Shown one piece after another: positions 1 through 10,515 of a stretch of 64,000 bases of DNA; the stretch's first letter is position 1; the number at the start of each line of letters is the position of its first letter. The DNA is from an uncultured cyanobacterium. Lineage in GTDB: Bacteria > Cyanobacteriota > Cyanobacteriia > Cyanobacteriales > CAWCAG01. Location of the stretch: assembly GCA_963803805.1 (NCBI GenBank), contig CAWDOD010000002.1:320001-384000 (forward strand). Reading direction: 5' to 3'. Under the pieces are notes generated by a model. That model did not search any database and was not told the DNA's origin. It was given only the letters and a program-made list of their open reading frames with translations. Both the position numbers and the translations under genes were made by a program.

Positions 1-203
1 CCCCGTACACTCAACTCCCGATTGGCAAAGCGCTCTTGATCCATATACAGGATATCTTGACCCTGTATGCGCCAACTAGTTACCATTCCTCCCCTTTCTG
101 GTACTACCTCAAGACGAGATTGAGCTTCTCTGTCCCAAAGGATATAAGTTGGGTAACTCTCTTGCTTAATTGCAATCTCGAATATTTTGTCTTTGTTATC
201 CAC
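1..203 (-). CDS. Aldose 1-epimerase family protein, N-terminal part (runs off window start)
   Basis: Manual translation from GTG at 203: MDNKDKIFEIAIKQESYPTYILWDREAQSRLEVVPERGGMVTSWRIQGQDILYMDQERFANRELSVRG. The VVPERGG...SVRG pattern is typical of cyanobacterial aldose epimerases. Not in the ORF track. Confidence 0.8.
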   Translation of the reverse strand, partial: MDNKDKIFEIAIKQESYPTYILWDREAQSRLEVVPERGGMVTSWRIQGQDILYMDQERFANRELSVR

Positions 204-396
204 TTTTTGCAGTTCCTCATTATTGAGCAGAACCCAATAGCAATGATTGATTATCGCTCAATAATCTTACAACTTTGAGTGCCTTTAGCTACCTTAAATT
301 AATTTGCGAATTTCAAATTGCTAGAGATAGGGATTTCTTAAGACAATCTTTAAAACTGCCCTAGTAGTCACGATGTTTAAGGCTTAGATAAACCAA

Positions 397-412
397 TGTG
401 ATTTACATCACA
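397..412. promoter_or_regulatory. CRP/SyCRP1-type binding site
   Basis: Perfect TGTGA-TTTACA-TCACA (TGTGA-N6-TCACA) between divergent genes, ~90 bp upstream of the ORF at 503. Confidence 0.7.
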
Positions 413-502
413 GCTTTTCACTGCTGAAATCAATACTTTGAATCAGGATATATTAGATAATTCCTAGTAGCCAAGGCTATAGTCAAATTCGCCATCAGAA
501 CA

Positions 503-718
503 ATGATTAAGTCATTAGTTAATTCAGCTTTCCAGACAGGCTGCTTGAGCGTGGCTTCTGAAAGCTTAATACGCCAACTCCAGTCTATAAAAGGTTTTGA
601 ACTGTCAGAGTTAGAAGTTATTTCTAATCTTGAACAAGCTTTGAGTACCGGTCAAGTTGAAAGAGAAGCCAAAAGAGATAATAACGAAATTATCTCCTAT
701 AGTATGTCAAAGCAATAA
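503..718 (+). CDS. Small hypothetical protein (71 aa)
   Basis: ATG-started ORF; AxQTGxLSV pattern resembles small conserved cyanobacterial proteins; sits downstream of the CRP site. Confidence 0.65.
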   Translation: MIKSLVNSAFQTGCLSVASESLIRQLQSIKGFELSELEVISNLEQALSTGQVEREAKRDNNEIISYSMSKQ

Positions 719-848
719 TACTTGCTTACAAAAATCTACAAAGTATCATAAAAGTACATATAGCAATCTCGCTCTGGTAAAGAAAAAATCTTCTCGGTTG
801 GGGGAAAGGGCAAAGGGGAAAAACAAGTATCTCATGTTTTGTTTTTCT

Positions 849-1574
849 CTAAAACATAGGTAAGACTTGGCTTAAGAAAAAGGCCAAGCCCGCACTACCT
901 AAAGGCACAGTTAAATTGTCAATTCCTAGTTGAGAAAAAGCTTCCAAGGCAGTGGCGAAAATAGCTACACTTAAAGAAATAAACCAAGTTTGCCATAGAT
1001 TGCCTTGAACATTCCACAAAACCAGAAATACCACTAAATAACTCGCCACAGCCATAGTTAAAGAACCTTCCCAACTTTTAGTAATATCCCCAATTTGATA
1101 ACGATGTTGTCCAAACCGACGACCAATAATTGCGGCTAAACCATCTCCCCAAGCCATTACCAAAACACCAATGACAGCATAATAAGGTCGATGAATAGAC
1201 CAAAACCAAGCGACTAAAACGCCGATACTAACGGCATAGAAAAAAGTTCCTAAGCTTTTACGTCCCACGCTATTAATGCTTGGTAAAATGGGAACATAAT
1301 AAGAAACTAAAGCAATTAAACTGGCGATTCCAGAAGCAGTTATACCAACCACAGCAGGAATATCAAACAACCAAGCAAACAGAATTACGTTACCAGTACT
1401 GATATGAACTATCTTCCTAGTTAGTTCAGCATCAGCTTTGGTAGAACGATTCAGCCCTTCGGTAAATAAAACAATCGTCCCCAAATAGAAAAAAACCAAA
1501 CAAAGGGGCAACCATGCTGGTTGTAGAGAATCGAACCAAGGCAGAGAGTAAGCTATTAAATAATCAAGTGGCAT
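849..1574 (-). CDS. Phytol/dolichol kinase family membrane protein (CTP_transf_1 fold)
   Basis: [26 protein letters not shown] and IDNLTVP motifs; polytopic membrane protein. Confidence 0.85.
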   Translation of the reverse strand: MPLDYLIAYSLPWFDSLQPAWLPLCLVFFYLGTIVLFTEGLNRSTKADAELTRKIVHISTGNVILFAWLFDIPAVVGITASGIASLIALVSYYVPILPSINSVGRKSLGTFFYAVSIGVLVAWFWSIHRPYYAVIGVLVMAWGDGLAAIIGRRFGQHRYQIGDITKSWEGSLTMAVASYLVVFLVLWNVQGNLWQTWFISLSVAIFATALEAFSQLGIDNLTVPLGSAGLAFFLSQVLPMF

Positions 1575-1577
1575 TCT

Positions 1578-1814
1578 TTGATGAAAAAGTTATTAATCTG
1601 GCTCATTAAAGGTTATCGTACCTTCATTTCTCCGGTTATACCCCCAACTTGCCGTTTTCAGCCTAGTTGTTCCCAATACGGGTTAGAAGCAATTCAACGT
1701 TTTGGCCCTTGCCATGGAGGGTATTTAACCATTAAACGTATCCTCCGGTGTCATCCCTTTAACCCAGGGGGTTATGATCCTGTACCTGATAAATCTTATC
1801 AAGAAAGAACATGA
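1578..1814 (+). CDS. yidD: Membrane protein insertion efficiency factor
   Basis: [10 protein letters not shown]...[17 protein letters not shown] signature. Confidence 0.95.
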   Translation: MMKKLLIWLIKGYRTFISPVIPPTCRFQPSCSQYGLEAIQRFGPCHGGYLTIKRILRCHPFNPGGYDPVPDKSYQERT

Positions 1815-2523
1815 AGCCGTACTCCAAAATCCCTGTCAAAGAATGTTACGAACCTTTAGTCGTTATACCTTTAACAGAATTTGCGGTTGAATCTCCTCAT
1901 CCCTATGAAAAACTAGCGGCCCCTATGGAGTGGGATCGCCTTATTATCTTCGCCAAGGGGTATTAGAAGCTTTAATTTCGGCACAACGAGAGTTACAGCA
2001 GTTACTTCCCGAAGGCAAAATCAAGATTTTTGATGCTTATCGCCCTGTGGAAGTACAACAATTTATGGTGGATTATACTTTTGCTCAAGTAATAAAAGAG
2101 AGAGACTTAAAGGTAGAAACATTGTCTACTCACCAACAGCAGGAAATTTGGCAGGAAGTATATCAAATCTGGGCTATTCCTAGCTACAACTTAGCAACAC
2201 CACCACCCCATAGTACTGGGGCAGCGATTGATATTACTTTGGTTGATTGTAATGGTGAAGAACTAAACATGGGTTCAGAAATTGATGAACTTTCTGTGCG
2301 ATCGCAGGCTGATTATTATGCAAACAGCAATAATATAAAAGAACAGCAATACCATAAACATCGAGAATTATTGCATCAAAGTATGAGCAAAGCTGGATTT
2401 AAACGCCACCGAGATGAATGGTGGCACTTTTCCCTTGGGGATCAAATGTGGGCTTGGTTGTGCCAGCAAGAAAATCCTGGCGGCTCTTTTTTGGCAAAGT
2501 ATGGGAGAATGTCGGAGGGCTAG
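1811..2523 (+). CDS. D-alanyl-D-alanine dipeptidase (M15D/VanX-like); one frameshift near 1918
   Basis: ATG at 1811 overlaps the yidD stop and reads [16 protein letters not shown]...HPYEKL, then shifts into the 1930 ORF with [18 protein letters not shown] and EWWHF motifs. Confidence 0.85.
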
Positions 2524-2582
2524 AGGTTCAAACCTTTTGGATTTCCAAACTTCCCCCTAATCACCAATTCTTACTTGCACCT

Positions 2583-2963
2583 ATGCGCGTTTATGTTCTT
2601 TTGTTCAATGCCCGTACAGAAAACGAAGGCATTCATAGTATTCAAATTGGCGGACGCAACCAAGTGTTGATGTTTGAGTCGGAAGACGATGCTACTCGTT
2701 TTGCTTTAATGTTGGAGGCACAAGATTTTCCTTTACCCACAGTTGAAGAGATTGATTCTGAGGAGGTAGAAAGTATTTGTCGTGATGCTGATTATGGTTA
2801 TAAGTTAGTAGAACAGGGAACCTTAGAACTGCCCCCAGAAAACAATTTAGAAGCGACAGATTGGAATGCTGAAGGTAAGGAAAAGCCCGAACAAAAAGAA
2901 ACCTCCCAACCAGAAATATCTGACCTTGATCGTATTCGCCAACAGCTTGAAGGATTACTGTAA
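2583..2963 (+). CDS. DUF3110-type conserved cyanobacterial protein
   Basis: MRVYVLLFNARTENEGIH...FESEDDATRFALMLEAQDF; internal ATG at 2583 is the likely start. Confidence 0.8.
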   Translation: MRVYVLLFNARTENEGIHSIQIGGRNQVLMFESEDDATRFALMLEAQDFPLPTVEEIDSEEVESICRDADYGYKLVEQGTLELPPENNLEATDWNAEGKEKPEQKETSQPEISDLDRIRQQLEGLL

Positions 2964-3023
2964 TAGCTACAAAAATGTACCGTTTGAGATGGCAAATATA
3001 ATTGTTTTGGAAATTCCTCTTAC

Positions 3024-4838
3024 TTACTCAAAATCTTCCTCTTGCCGACTACGATAATTAAAAATCAAATTAGCCAAAGAATCACCTTGAAGGGGTTGAG
3101 AAAACAAATATCCTTGCCCATACTCACAGCCTAAAATTTGTAATGGTAATTTTTGTTCAGGAGTTTCTATACCTTCTGCAATTACCTTCAAGCCTAAACT
3201 ATGAGCAAAATCAATAATTGCCCTAACCAACTCTCGATTTTTTTGACCTTTTTCCATTTGGTAAACAAAAGAACGGTCTATTTTAAGAATATCAATAGGG
3301 AAAGTTTGTAATCTACTCAAAGAAGAATAACCTGTACCAAAATCATCAATAGATACTTGCACTCCCAGCTTTTTAATCTGACGCAACTTCGCTACAACAG
3401 AGTCAACATTAGCCACAATAGCGCTTTCTGTAACCTCGATCCGAAAATTCCGACCGGCCAAACCTTCCTCTTGTAAAATAGTTTCCACTTGCTCAACAAA
3501 ATCAGCTTGGACAAACTGCTTACCCGCCACGTTCACACTCACTGTTGCCTCTTCATCCAAGCAACCTTTCTCTAGCCACTGCTGCATTTGCCTTGCTGCT
3601 TCTCTCATTACCCAAGCGCCCAGGGGTAAAATTAAACCAGTTTCTTCAGCAATAGGAATAAATTGTTTGGGAGAAATCCAATTTTGGTTAGAGTGTTGCC
3701 ACCGAGTTAAGGCTTCAAATCCAGCAATCTTACCTGTTTTTAAAGTAATAATCGGTTGATAGCATAAACTCAACTTCGAGCGCTCTATAGCTTGTCTCAG
3801 GTTGGTTTCTAGTTTAAGACGATTGAGAATATTAAGGTACATCTTGCTATCAAAAATCGCATAACCAGCTTTACCTTTATTCTTGGCGCGATACATAGCA
3901 ATATCTGCATCCCTAAGCAAATCAGAGACATTTTCATATAATTTTCCTGTTGCTTGATTAGGACAAAAAGCAATGCCAATACTAGCACTAACAAAAAACT
4001 CTTGATCTTTTAATTGAAAGGGTCGTTTAAACTGTTTTTGAATCTTTTGGACAACGGCGATACTATCTTCAACACTAGCAATATTTTCCACAAGAATCGC
4101 AAATTCATCTCCTCCCAAACGAGCAAGGGTATCTTGGGACTTAATACAAGCTTGTAGTTGCTGACTAATGTTACGTAAAAGCTGATCTCCGGCCAAATGC
4201 CCTAAACTATCATTAACTATTTTAAAATGGTCTAGATCAATAAATAAAACTGCAAACAATTTACCCTGGCGATCACGATTATCTTCTAAAACTGTTTGCA
4301 GCTTGTGCATGAAAAGAACGCGATTGGGTAAATTCGTTAAAGGATCATATAAAGCGCGGCGAATTATTTGCTCTTCTGCTAGTTTACGGTTGAGAATTTG
4401 TTGTTGAAGTAGTTCATTTTGCTCCCTAAGTTGTCTTTGCAGTTTCTGAATACTAAGTTGGTTTTTGACACGGGCTAAAACTTCTGCGGCCTGAAAAGGT
4501 TTAGTAATATAATCTACCCCCCCAACATCAAAGGCTTTCACTTTATCATTGACATCATCTAAAGCACTAATAAAAATTATTGGTACATGGCTCATTTTTT
4601 CGTCAGCTTTGAGTTTTTCACAGACCTCATAGCCATTCATTTCTGGCATTTTGATATCCAGCAAAATCAGATCAGGAGGCTCTGCTTGAACCGAAATTAA
4701 TGCCATGCGACCATTCAATGCCTTGCGAACTTCATAACCCTGTCCTACGAGCATGGTAGATAAAAGGCGCAAATTGTTCGGCGTATCATCGACGATCAGT
4801 ATATTTTCCTTATCAGTGTTAGCGGGATTACTCTTCAT
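3024..4838 (-). CDS. Response regulator with GGDEF and EAL domains
   Basis: REC (ILIVDD, LLDIKMP, YITKPF), intact GGDEF, FEAL and DDFGTGYSSL motifs. Confidence 0.95.
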   Translation of the reverse strand: MKSNPANTDKENILIVDDTPNNLRLLSTMLVGQGYEVRKALNGRMALISVQAEPPDLILLDIKMPEMNGYEVCEKLKADEKMSHVPIIFISALDDVNDKVKAFDVGGVDYITKPFQAAEVLARVKNQLSIQKLQRQLREQNELLQQQILNRKLAEEQIIRRALYDPLTNLPNRVLFMHKLQTVLEDNRDRQGKLFAVLFIDLDHFKIVNDSLGHLAGDQLLRNISQQLQACIKSQDTLARLGGDEFAILVENIASVEDSIAVVQKIQKQFKRPFQLKDQEFFVSASIGIAFCPNQATGKLYENVSDLLRDADIAMYRAKNKGKAGYAIFDSKMYLNILNRLKLETNLRQAIERSKLSLCYQPIITLKTGKIAGFEALTRWQHSNQNWISPKQFIPIAEETGLILPLGAWVMREAARQMQQWLEKGCLDEEATVSVNVAGKQFVQADFVEQVETILQEEGLAGRNFRIEVTESAIVANVDSVVAKLRQIKKLGVQVSIDDFGTGYSSLSRLQTFPIDILKIDRSFVYQMEKGQKNRELVRAIIDFAHSLGLKVIAEGIETPEQKLPLQILGCEYGQGYLFSQPLQGDSLANLIFNYRSRQEEDFE

Positions 4839-4986
4839 TCGGTTATGTAATCGGAAAGTAGATGAAAGAGAGTTATGTTGCTCGCTCTGCCTAGGTTAAG
4901 TGGCCAAGACATAATTGTAAACAAGTAGATAACCCTCCTTCTTAATACCTAGATAGCAAGAACAGAACAGGAGTTTTCAAAAATTA

Positions 4987-6579
4987 CTATTTTTTGGCAA
5001 TAAGCCAGTAGGTAACCATTTCTCCTTTCCCTTTGATTGCAACTGTACCTCGCGACTCAAACTTATATTTGTGCTTTAAGCACTCATAAGTTGCTGCTGT
5101 GACTTGGATGCGCCCTGAAATTCCTTGAGATTCCATACGAGAAGCTACATTAACCGTATCTCCCCAAAGGTCATAAATAAACTTTTTTGTACCAATTACC
5201 CCCGCTACCACTGGCCCTGTATTAATACCAACACGGACTTGGAACTTTTCTCTTTGTTTGAAGCTAAAACAATCAACAAATTTTTGGATATCCAAAGCTA
5301 GATCAGCAATAGCTTCAACATGGTTTTCTTTAGGTATGGGTAACCCGCCTGCCACCATGTAGGCATCTCCAATAGTTTTAATTTTTTCTAAGCCGTATTT
5401 TTCTGTAAGTTTATCGAAAGTGGAAAAAATTTGATTAAGTAGTTTAACTAATTCTAAAGCAGAAACTTGAGAACTCAAGGGAGTAAAATCAACCAAATCA
5501 GCAAAGAGAACTGTAGCAGATTCAAATCTATCTGCTATGTTGTCTTGATTTTGTTTCAGGCGCTCAGCAATGCTACGAGGTAATATGTTGAGCAGAAGAT
5601 TTTCAGAACGCTGTTGAGCTAGGACTAAAGCTTCTTCGGCGTGGAGGCGTTCTAATTCTGCTCCGGCGCGGGAAGCAAAAATTTGCAAAATCGAATTTTG
5701 GCCACAATCAGTAATCATCGGGGAGTCATTCATAACTGCTAAATGACCTAAAATATCTCCAGAGATATTAGTTAAAGGAATGCCGTAGAAGCTTTGGATA
5801 TTCAAATCAACTAAAAGGGAATCTTCAGGAAATAGAGCTTGTAAATTTTCTGGATAGAAACAGGTTTCTCCTTGCAATACTTTGTGACAAGGAGTTCCGG
5901 ATAGATCGTATTCAAAATTTTCTCCATATTCTCCCCCTTGCCAAAAAGCTAAGGTTTTCACCCTTGTTCTACTGGAGTTAGCAGTTTCAGTCACGAAAGC
6001 ATAGCGGACATTGAGGGCTTGAGCTAAAAAACGCACGCAAGGGCCAAAGAATTCTGAACCAGTTTTGGAAGCTGTTCCCGCAGAAATAAGTTGTAAAGCT
6101 TTGCTTTTTTCTTGGCTAAGGTGAATTTCTGTTTGGAGTAAAGAATTTTTTTCTTTAAGTTGCTGTTGTAGCTTTTGAACATTCAGTTGGTTTTGAACCC
6201 GAACTAAAACCTCCGACTCTTGAAAAGGTTTAGTAACATAATCTACGCCACCAACCTCAAAAGCTTTAACCTTATCTGCCCCATCGTCTAGGGCGCTAAC
6301 AAAAATAACCGGTATTTGAGCAGTTTTCTGATTAGCTTGTAGTTTTTGGCAAACTTCATAGCCACTCATTTCTGGCATTTTGATATCCAACAAAATGAGG
6401 TCAGGAGGTTGTTTTTGGGCAGAAAGTAAAGCCATTTGGCCATTTAGAGCTTTACGAACTTCATAACCCTGTTCTGCAAGCAAGGTAGATAACAGACGTA
6501 GATTATTCGGTATATCATCAACGATCAGAATATCTACACTAGCTACACTCAATTTACTATTCATCTGCTGCTTGCTCAA
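4987..6579 (-). CDS. REC-GAF-class III adenylate/guanylate cyclase
   Basis: REC N-terminus; GAF (GTPC...); FADLVDFT, KIKTIGDAYM and YDLWGDTVNVASRMES motifs. Confidence 0.93.
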   Translation of the reverse strand: MSKQQMNSKLSVASVDILIVDDIPNNLRLLSTLLAEQGYEVRKALNGQMALLSAQKQPPDLILLDIKMPEMSGYEVCQKLQANQKTAQIPVIFVSALDDGADKVKAFEVGGVDYVTKPFQESEVLVRVQNQLNVQKLQQQLKEKNSLLQTEIHLSQEKSKALQLISAGTASKTGSEFFGPCVRFLAQALNVRYAFVTETANSSRTRVKTLAFWQGGEYGENFEYDLSGTPCHKVLQGETCFYPENLQALFPEDSLLVDLNIQSFYGIPLTNISGDILGHLAVMNDSPMITDCGQNSILQIFASRAGAELERLHAEEALVLAQQRSENLLLNILPRSIAERLKQNQDNIADRFESATVLFADLVDFTPLSSQVSALELVKLLNQIFSTFDKLTEKYGLEKIKTIGDAYMVAGGLPIPKENHVEAIADLALDIQKFVDCFSFKQREKFQVRVGINTGPVVAGVIGTKKFIYDLWGDTVNVASRMESQGISGRIQVTAATYECLKHKYKFESRGTVAIKGKGEMVTYWLIAKK

Positions 6580-6702
6580 TTTAAGGGGAAGTTATGAACC
6601 CAATTTCTTGTTGATATACGCACCTAATCTCAGAATTAGCCTAACTAAATTATATTCTTACAGTTATTAGGGAAAAACAGTTTTATTTTGGCTTTTACTA
6701 AA

Positions 6703-7326
6703 TTATTCAGAACTCTGTTGTTGTTGATGCAACTTCTCTACTAAAGCCTGGATTATTATTTCTGGATCATCCGTCTCAACAGCCAATTGTTGAGCTACTG
6801 TTTGTCGCAAATCAGAATCTGCGGCTAATTTTGCGGCCAATTCATCTACTGTAAAAGTTTCAGCTTTTGTTTGTGGTTCTTTTTGCCCCGGTAAAGCATC
6901 AGGACCATCATACTCCCAGACTACACCGCTAGTTTCTCGTAGTAGCAATTGTTGCCCAATTTCTGATGCTATTGCACCAATTTCTTGGACAGAGGAAGAT
7001 TGTGCTTTTTCCCCTAGTAGAATCATTCGTCTACCTAATTCTTGGTTTTTAATCCCAGATGACAAAACTCTGGCCCCAAAGCTTTTTAACCAAGCGACCC
7101 ATTTTTCAGTACTGCTACGCCCCTGCAATTGAGCAAAAAACTCTTCGATACGTTTTTGTTGCCAACCATGAACTACCCCTTCTAAAAGTTGATTGAGCAT
7201 AAATTCATAGTCAGTATCTGTAAAAGGTTGAATATCTGACGACTGTTTTGTTATAGCATCAGCTTTTTCAACAGCAAACAAACTTTGCCACAATTGTTTG
7301 AGCCACCGCCAAATTTTACGAATCAT
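6703..7326 (-). CDS. Hypothetical protein
   Basis: 207-aa ORF with ATG start and natural composition. Confidence 0.75.
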   Translation of the reverse strand: MIRKIWRWLKQLWQSLFAVEKADAITKQSSDIQPFTDTDYEFMLNQLLEGVVHGWQQKRIEEFFAQLQGRSSTEKWVAWLKSFGARVLSSGIKNQELGRRMILLGEKAQSSSVQEIGAIASEIGQQLLLRETSGVVWEYDGPDALPGQKEPQTKAETFTVDELAAKLAADSDLRQTVAQQLAVETDDPEIIIQALVEKLHQQQQSSE

Positions 7327-7450
7327 CTCTTTTCTTACCTTGCTGCCTTGACTGTAGTGTAGTTCAAATTGACTAGCTCAATTAAGTACAAATAACCAAA
7401 TAACGGGGCAAAACTGACAAATTTGCAATTCTTATCTTTAGAGCTAAATT

Positions 7451-7522
7451 TCCCCCACAGATTCCCCAGTCTTTCCACAGGGTTTTTCAAGGTTTTCCAC
7501 AATTTACCCAGACTTTTCCACA
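7451..7522 (+). promoter_or_regulatory. Phased cluster of DnaA-box-like motifs
   Basis: TCCCCCACA 7451, CTTTCCACA 7471, TTTTCCACA 7493, TTTTCCACA 7514; same orientation, 20-22 bp spacing. Confidence 0.55.
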
Positions 7523-7872
7523 GGTATTAACGAGGGATCTAGTCTTTAAGCTTAAAGCCGGGGATTTTGTTTCTTTTACTTAGTAACAGGAGACTACCCA
7601 GTTTTCATGAAGAAAAGTAACAAAAAGACGAGCTAAACCCGCATTATTCCGTTGTCTGTTATTACTTAGATGGCGGTTTGTAACATTTCGCCACATTGAC
7701 AAACTCACAATATTCCGACGAAATAGGGTGTAAGTGAAGTTATGAATTAGAAAAATAAATTTCAAGGTCAACCCCAACTATTCTCTAAATTTTCACAGAA
7801 ACGACTAAATTTTCCCTTCTACCCTCAGTCTCTAAACTTTCCTTTCCCCTACTTTCATTTTGTGAGGTACTT

Positions 7873-8091
7873 ATGAACACAACTGTTAGCATCTTGGCCG
7901 AAATTCCTGAAGAATTACACGTCTCTTTGAGAAATTATTTAGAAACTCACCCTACCTGGGACCAAGATCGAGTTTTCGCGGCAGCCCTTTCTTTGTTTCT
8001 GCTCCAAAATAGCCCTAGCAAAACAACTCCCACTTCTCAAAACTATAGAGCTTGTGCCAGAGTTTATCTAGAAACTTTATTCCAGCAGTAA
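7873..8091 (+). CDS. DUF2811-type small conserved cyanobacterial protein
   Basis: SILAEIPEELH...HPTWDQDRVFAAALSLFLLQN...RVYLETLF. Confidence 0.85.
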   Translation: MNTTVSILAEIPEELHVSLRNYLETHPTWDQDRVFAAALSLFLLQNSPSKTTPTSQNYRACARVYLETLFQQ

Positions 8092-8160
8092 GGGCAAGGG
8101 GGCAACCTGCCCCTAAATACTATTTTTTGCCAAAATGATTAATGTTTAATGTTTTGATGT

Positions 8161-8781
8161 TTGATGGCTACCGAATCTTTACAGTCTAAATTAATCATTC
8201 CTGAATTAATCGTTGGTTTGGGCAACCCAGAGCCAAAATACGACCAGACACGCCACAATATTGGTTTTGAGGTTGTTGATACCTTAAGTGAGTTTTGGAG
8301 CATTTCTTGGAAGGAGCAGCGCCGTTTCCAGGGCTTATTAGGGGAAGGATTGGCTCCCAACGGACAGAAGATTCGCTTGCTTAAACCCCTTACCTATATG
8401 AATCGTTCTGGGCAATCTGTTAGGGCTGTAATTGATTGGTTTAAAATTGCCCCGGAGAAAGTTCTGGTTGTCTATGATGATATGGATTTACCGATTGGGC
8501 GTTTACGTCTGCGATTAACCGGCTCTGCGGGGGGACACAATGGTATGAAATCTTTAATTACTCATCTTGGTACACAAAATTTCCCTCGCTTGCGGGTTGG
8601 TATCAGTAAAGCATCCCCTCAAAAAGGTACGGTTTCCCATGTTTTAGGAAAGTTTTCTCCTGAAGAGAAAAAGCTAGTTTCTGAAGTACTGAAGATGGTG
8701 GTTGAGGCGACAGAATTGAGCCTTACTGAGGGGGTAGAAAAAGCGATGAGTCTCTATAATGGACGTACAGTTTTAACTTGA
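8161..8781 (+). CDS. pth: Peptidyl-tRNA hydrolase
   Basis: LIVGLGNP, TRHNIGF, KPLTYMNRSG, GSAGGHNG. Confidence 0.97.
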   Translation: MMATESLQSKLIIPELIVGLGNPEPKYDQTRHNIGFEVVDTLSEFWSISWKEQRRFQGLLGEGLAPNGQKIRLLKPLTYMNRSGQSVRAVIDWFKIAPEKVLVVYDDMDLPIGRLRLRLTGSAGGHNGMKSLITHLGTQNFPRLRVGISKASPQKGTVSHVLGKFSPEEKKLVSEVLKMVVEATELSLTEGVEKAMSLYNGRTVLT

Positions 8782-8829
8782 GTTTTGGGCTTGATAGTAT
8801 TGTCTCAATACTTTTTAACTGAAGAAAAA

Positions 8830-9588
8830 ATGGATTTTAAAGACCATTTCTCAAAACATTCTGCTTCCTATTGCCAGTATCGCCCCAACTACCCTCCAGC
8901 TTTATTTGAATATTTAGCGTCTCTGGTTGCCAAACGAGGAAAAGCCTGGGACTGCGGCACAGGAAATGGTCAAGCTGCAGTTAGCTTAGCTCAATATTTC
9001 AACCAAGTAGTTGCCAGTGATCCAAGTGAGGAACAAATTAGTAATGCCGTTAAAAAAGAGAATATCTCCTATACAATTCAACGAGCAGAACAAACTTCTT
9101 TGGCCTCAAATTCTATAGATATTGTTACTGTAGCCCAAGCACTTCATTGGTTTAATATCCCTGATTTTTATGGTGAGGTACAGCGAGTTCTCAAAGCTCA
9201 AGGTATTCTTGCAGTTTGGGGTTATGGGTTGATGGAAATTTCTCCAGCAATAGACCAAATAGTTACCGAATATTGCTATGAAATAGTAGGGGATTTTTGG
9301 CCACCAGAGAGAAGTTTATTAGAGGAAAAATATAGCTCTATTCCTTTTCCTTTTTTAGAACTATTTCCCCCTGACTTCTTCATGGAACAAACTTGGTCAG
9401 TGAACCATTTAATAGGTTACTTAAATACTTGGTCTTCCACCAGAAACTTCATTGCTCAAAATCAGATTAATCCCCTTGAAGCAATTGAAGAGGATTTAAA
9501 GTCTGTTTGGGGTAATCCAGAAACAACTAAGTTGGTTAGATGGGCTTTACATTTAAAGGTTGGGAGATGGATGGGGAAGTTAGGTTAA
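8830..9588 (+). CDS. Class I SAM-dependent methyltransferase
   Basis: FKDHFS..YRPNYP, WDCGTGNGQ, VAQALHWF; likely start at the ATG at 8830. Confidence 0.9.
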   Translation: MDFKDHFSKHSASYCQYRPNYPPALFEYLASLVAKRGKAWDCGTGNGQAAVSLAQYFNQVVASDPSEEQISNAVKKENISYTIQRAEQTSLASNSIDIVTVAQALHWFNIPDFYGEVQRVLKAQGILAVWGYGLMEISPAIDQIVTEYCYEIVGDFWPPERSLLEEKYSSIPFPFLELFPPDFFMEQTWSVNHLIGYLNTWSSTRNFIAQNQINPLEAIEEDLKSVWGNPETTKLVRWALHLKVGRWMGKLG

Positions 9589-9636
9589 AATGCTGTTCCC
9601 CTTTCCTTTTACAACTAGCAACTAGCCATTAGCAAA

Positions 9637-10515
9637 CTAGTTACTAAACAAGCGGTCGAAATCATCTACAAAAGAACCACCCCGTTGAGAATTAATACGT
9701 AAAGATTGGTCTTCTTCTGACCACTTAAAAGTCAAGGCAGGAGAACTATCAAACTCGCGGCTACCAACCATTTTCAACCACTCAGGAGTTTCCTCTTGGG
9801 TGAGTTTTTGTATTGCTTCAACCCTGGCAGGAACAGCAGGATGAGAGTGGCTATCTCGCAAGCTTCCTGGCAAACGGGAAAGAACTCCTAAAGCCCGAAT
9901 ACAGCCTTCTGGTTCAAAACCAGCACGGACAGAATAGCGATAGCCGTAGGCATCAGCTTCATATTCTTGGTTCCTTTTTAGTTCAGCCATTCTTTCTTCT
10001 AATTTCTCAGAATCGTCATTACTCTCATCGGGGTAATCTGGGTCAATGGCTTCGGATTCAGAGGTAGATTCAGAAATTTCTTCTAAACCTTCGTCATATT
10101 CGGCATGATAAATAGGAATATGCTGGTGGTAGTGATGAGCCATTTCATGACCGACAACGCAAGCTAGAGCAGAAACGTCCCCTTCGAGTTGGTCTAATAA
10201 ACCATTGTAGATAACTAAAAGATTAGCTTCTTGGGCGAAAGCATTGATTTCGTACTCTTCAGGGATTACTACTCGCCAATGGCTATTATCTATTTCGTTA
10301 GCTCTAGCTATACGCTCAACGATACGGTAGAGGATATAAAACTGTTCAGGAAGTTCTTCTTCAGCGAGTTTGTACACTTGAGAGTTGTTTTCTGCTGTTT
10401 CTGCTAAAGCAGGCATTGTGGTTGCACCAGGAGCAAATACTAAGGTACAAACAGAAGCTATTACAGCAGCTTTTTTAGTCCAGTTAGCTAATAAACTCAA
10501 TTGACTCATCTCCAT
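9637..10515 (-). CDS. Secreted M48 family metallopeptidase
   Basis: Signal peptide, INAFA, HEMAH zinc motif, EYEAD, SHP...R. Confidence 0.9.
   Translation of the reverse strand: MEMSQLSLLANWTKKAAVIASVCTLVFAPGATTMPALAETAENNSQVYKLAEEELPEQFYILYRIVERIARANEIDNSHWRVVIPEEYEINAFAQEANLLVIYNGLLDQLEGDVSALACVVGHEMAHHYHQHIPIYHAEYDEGLEEISESTSESEAIDPDYPDESNDDSEKLEERMAELKRNQEYEADAYGYRYSVRAGFEPEGCIRALGVLSRLPGSLRDSHSHPAVPARVEAIQKLTQEETPEWLKMVGSREFDSSPALTFKWSEEDQSLRINSQRGGSFVDDFDRLFSN

Noticed and set aside
36-278. 80-aa plus-strand ORF at the window start
   Set aside because: It lies antisense to the recognisable aldose epimerase N-terminus.
7582-7597. NtcA site upstream of the DUF2811 gene
   Set aside because: The spacing is GTA-N9-TAC rather than the required GTA-N8-TAC.
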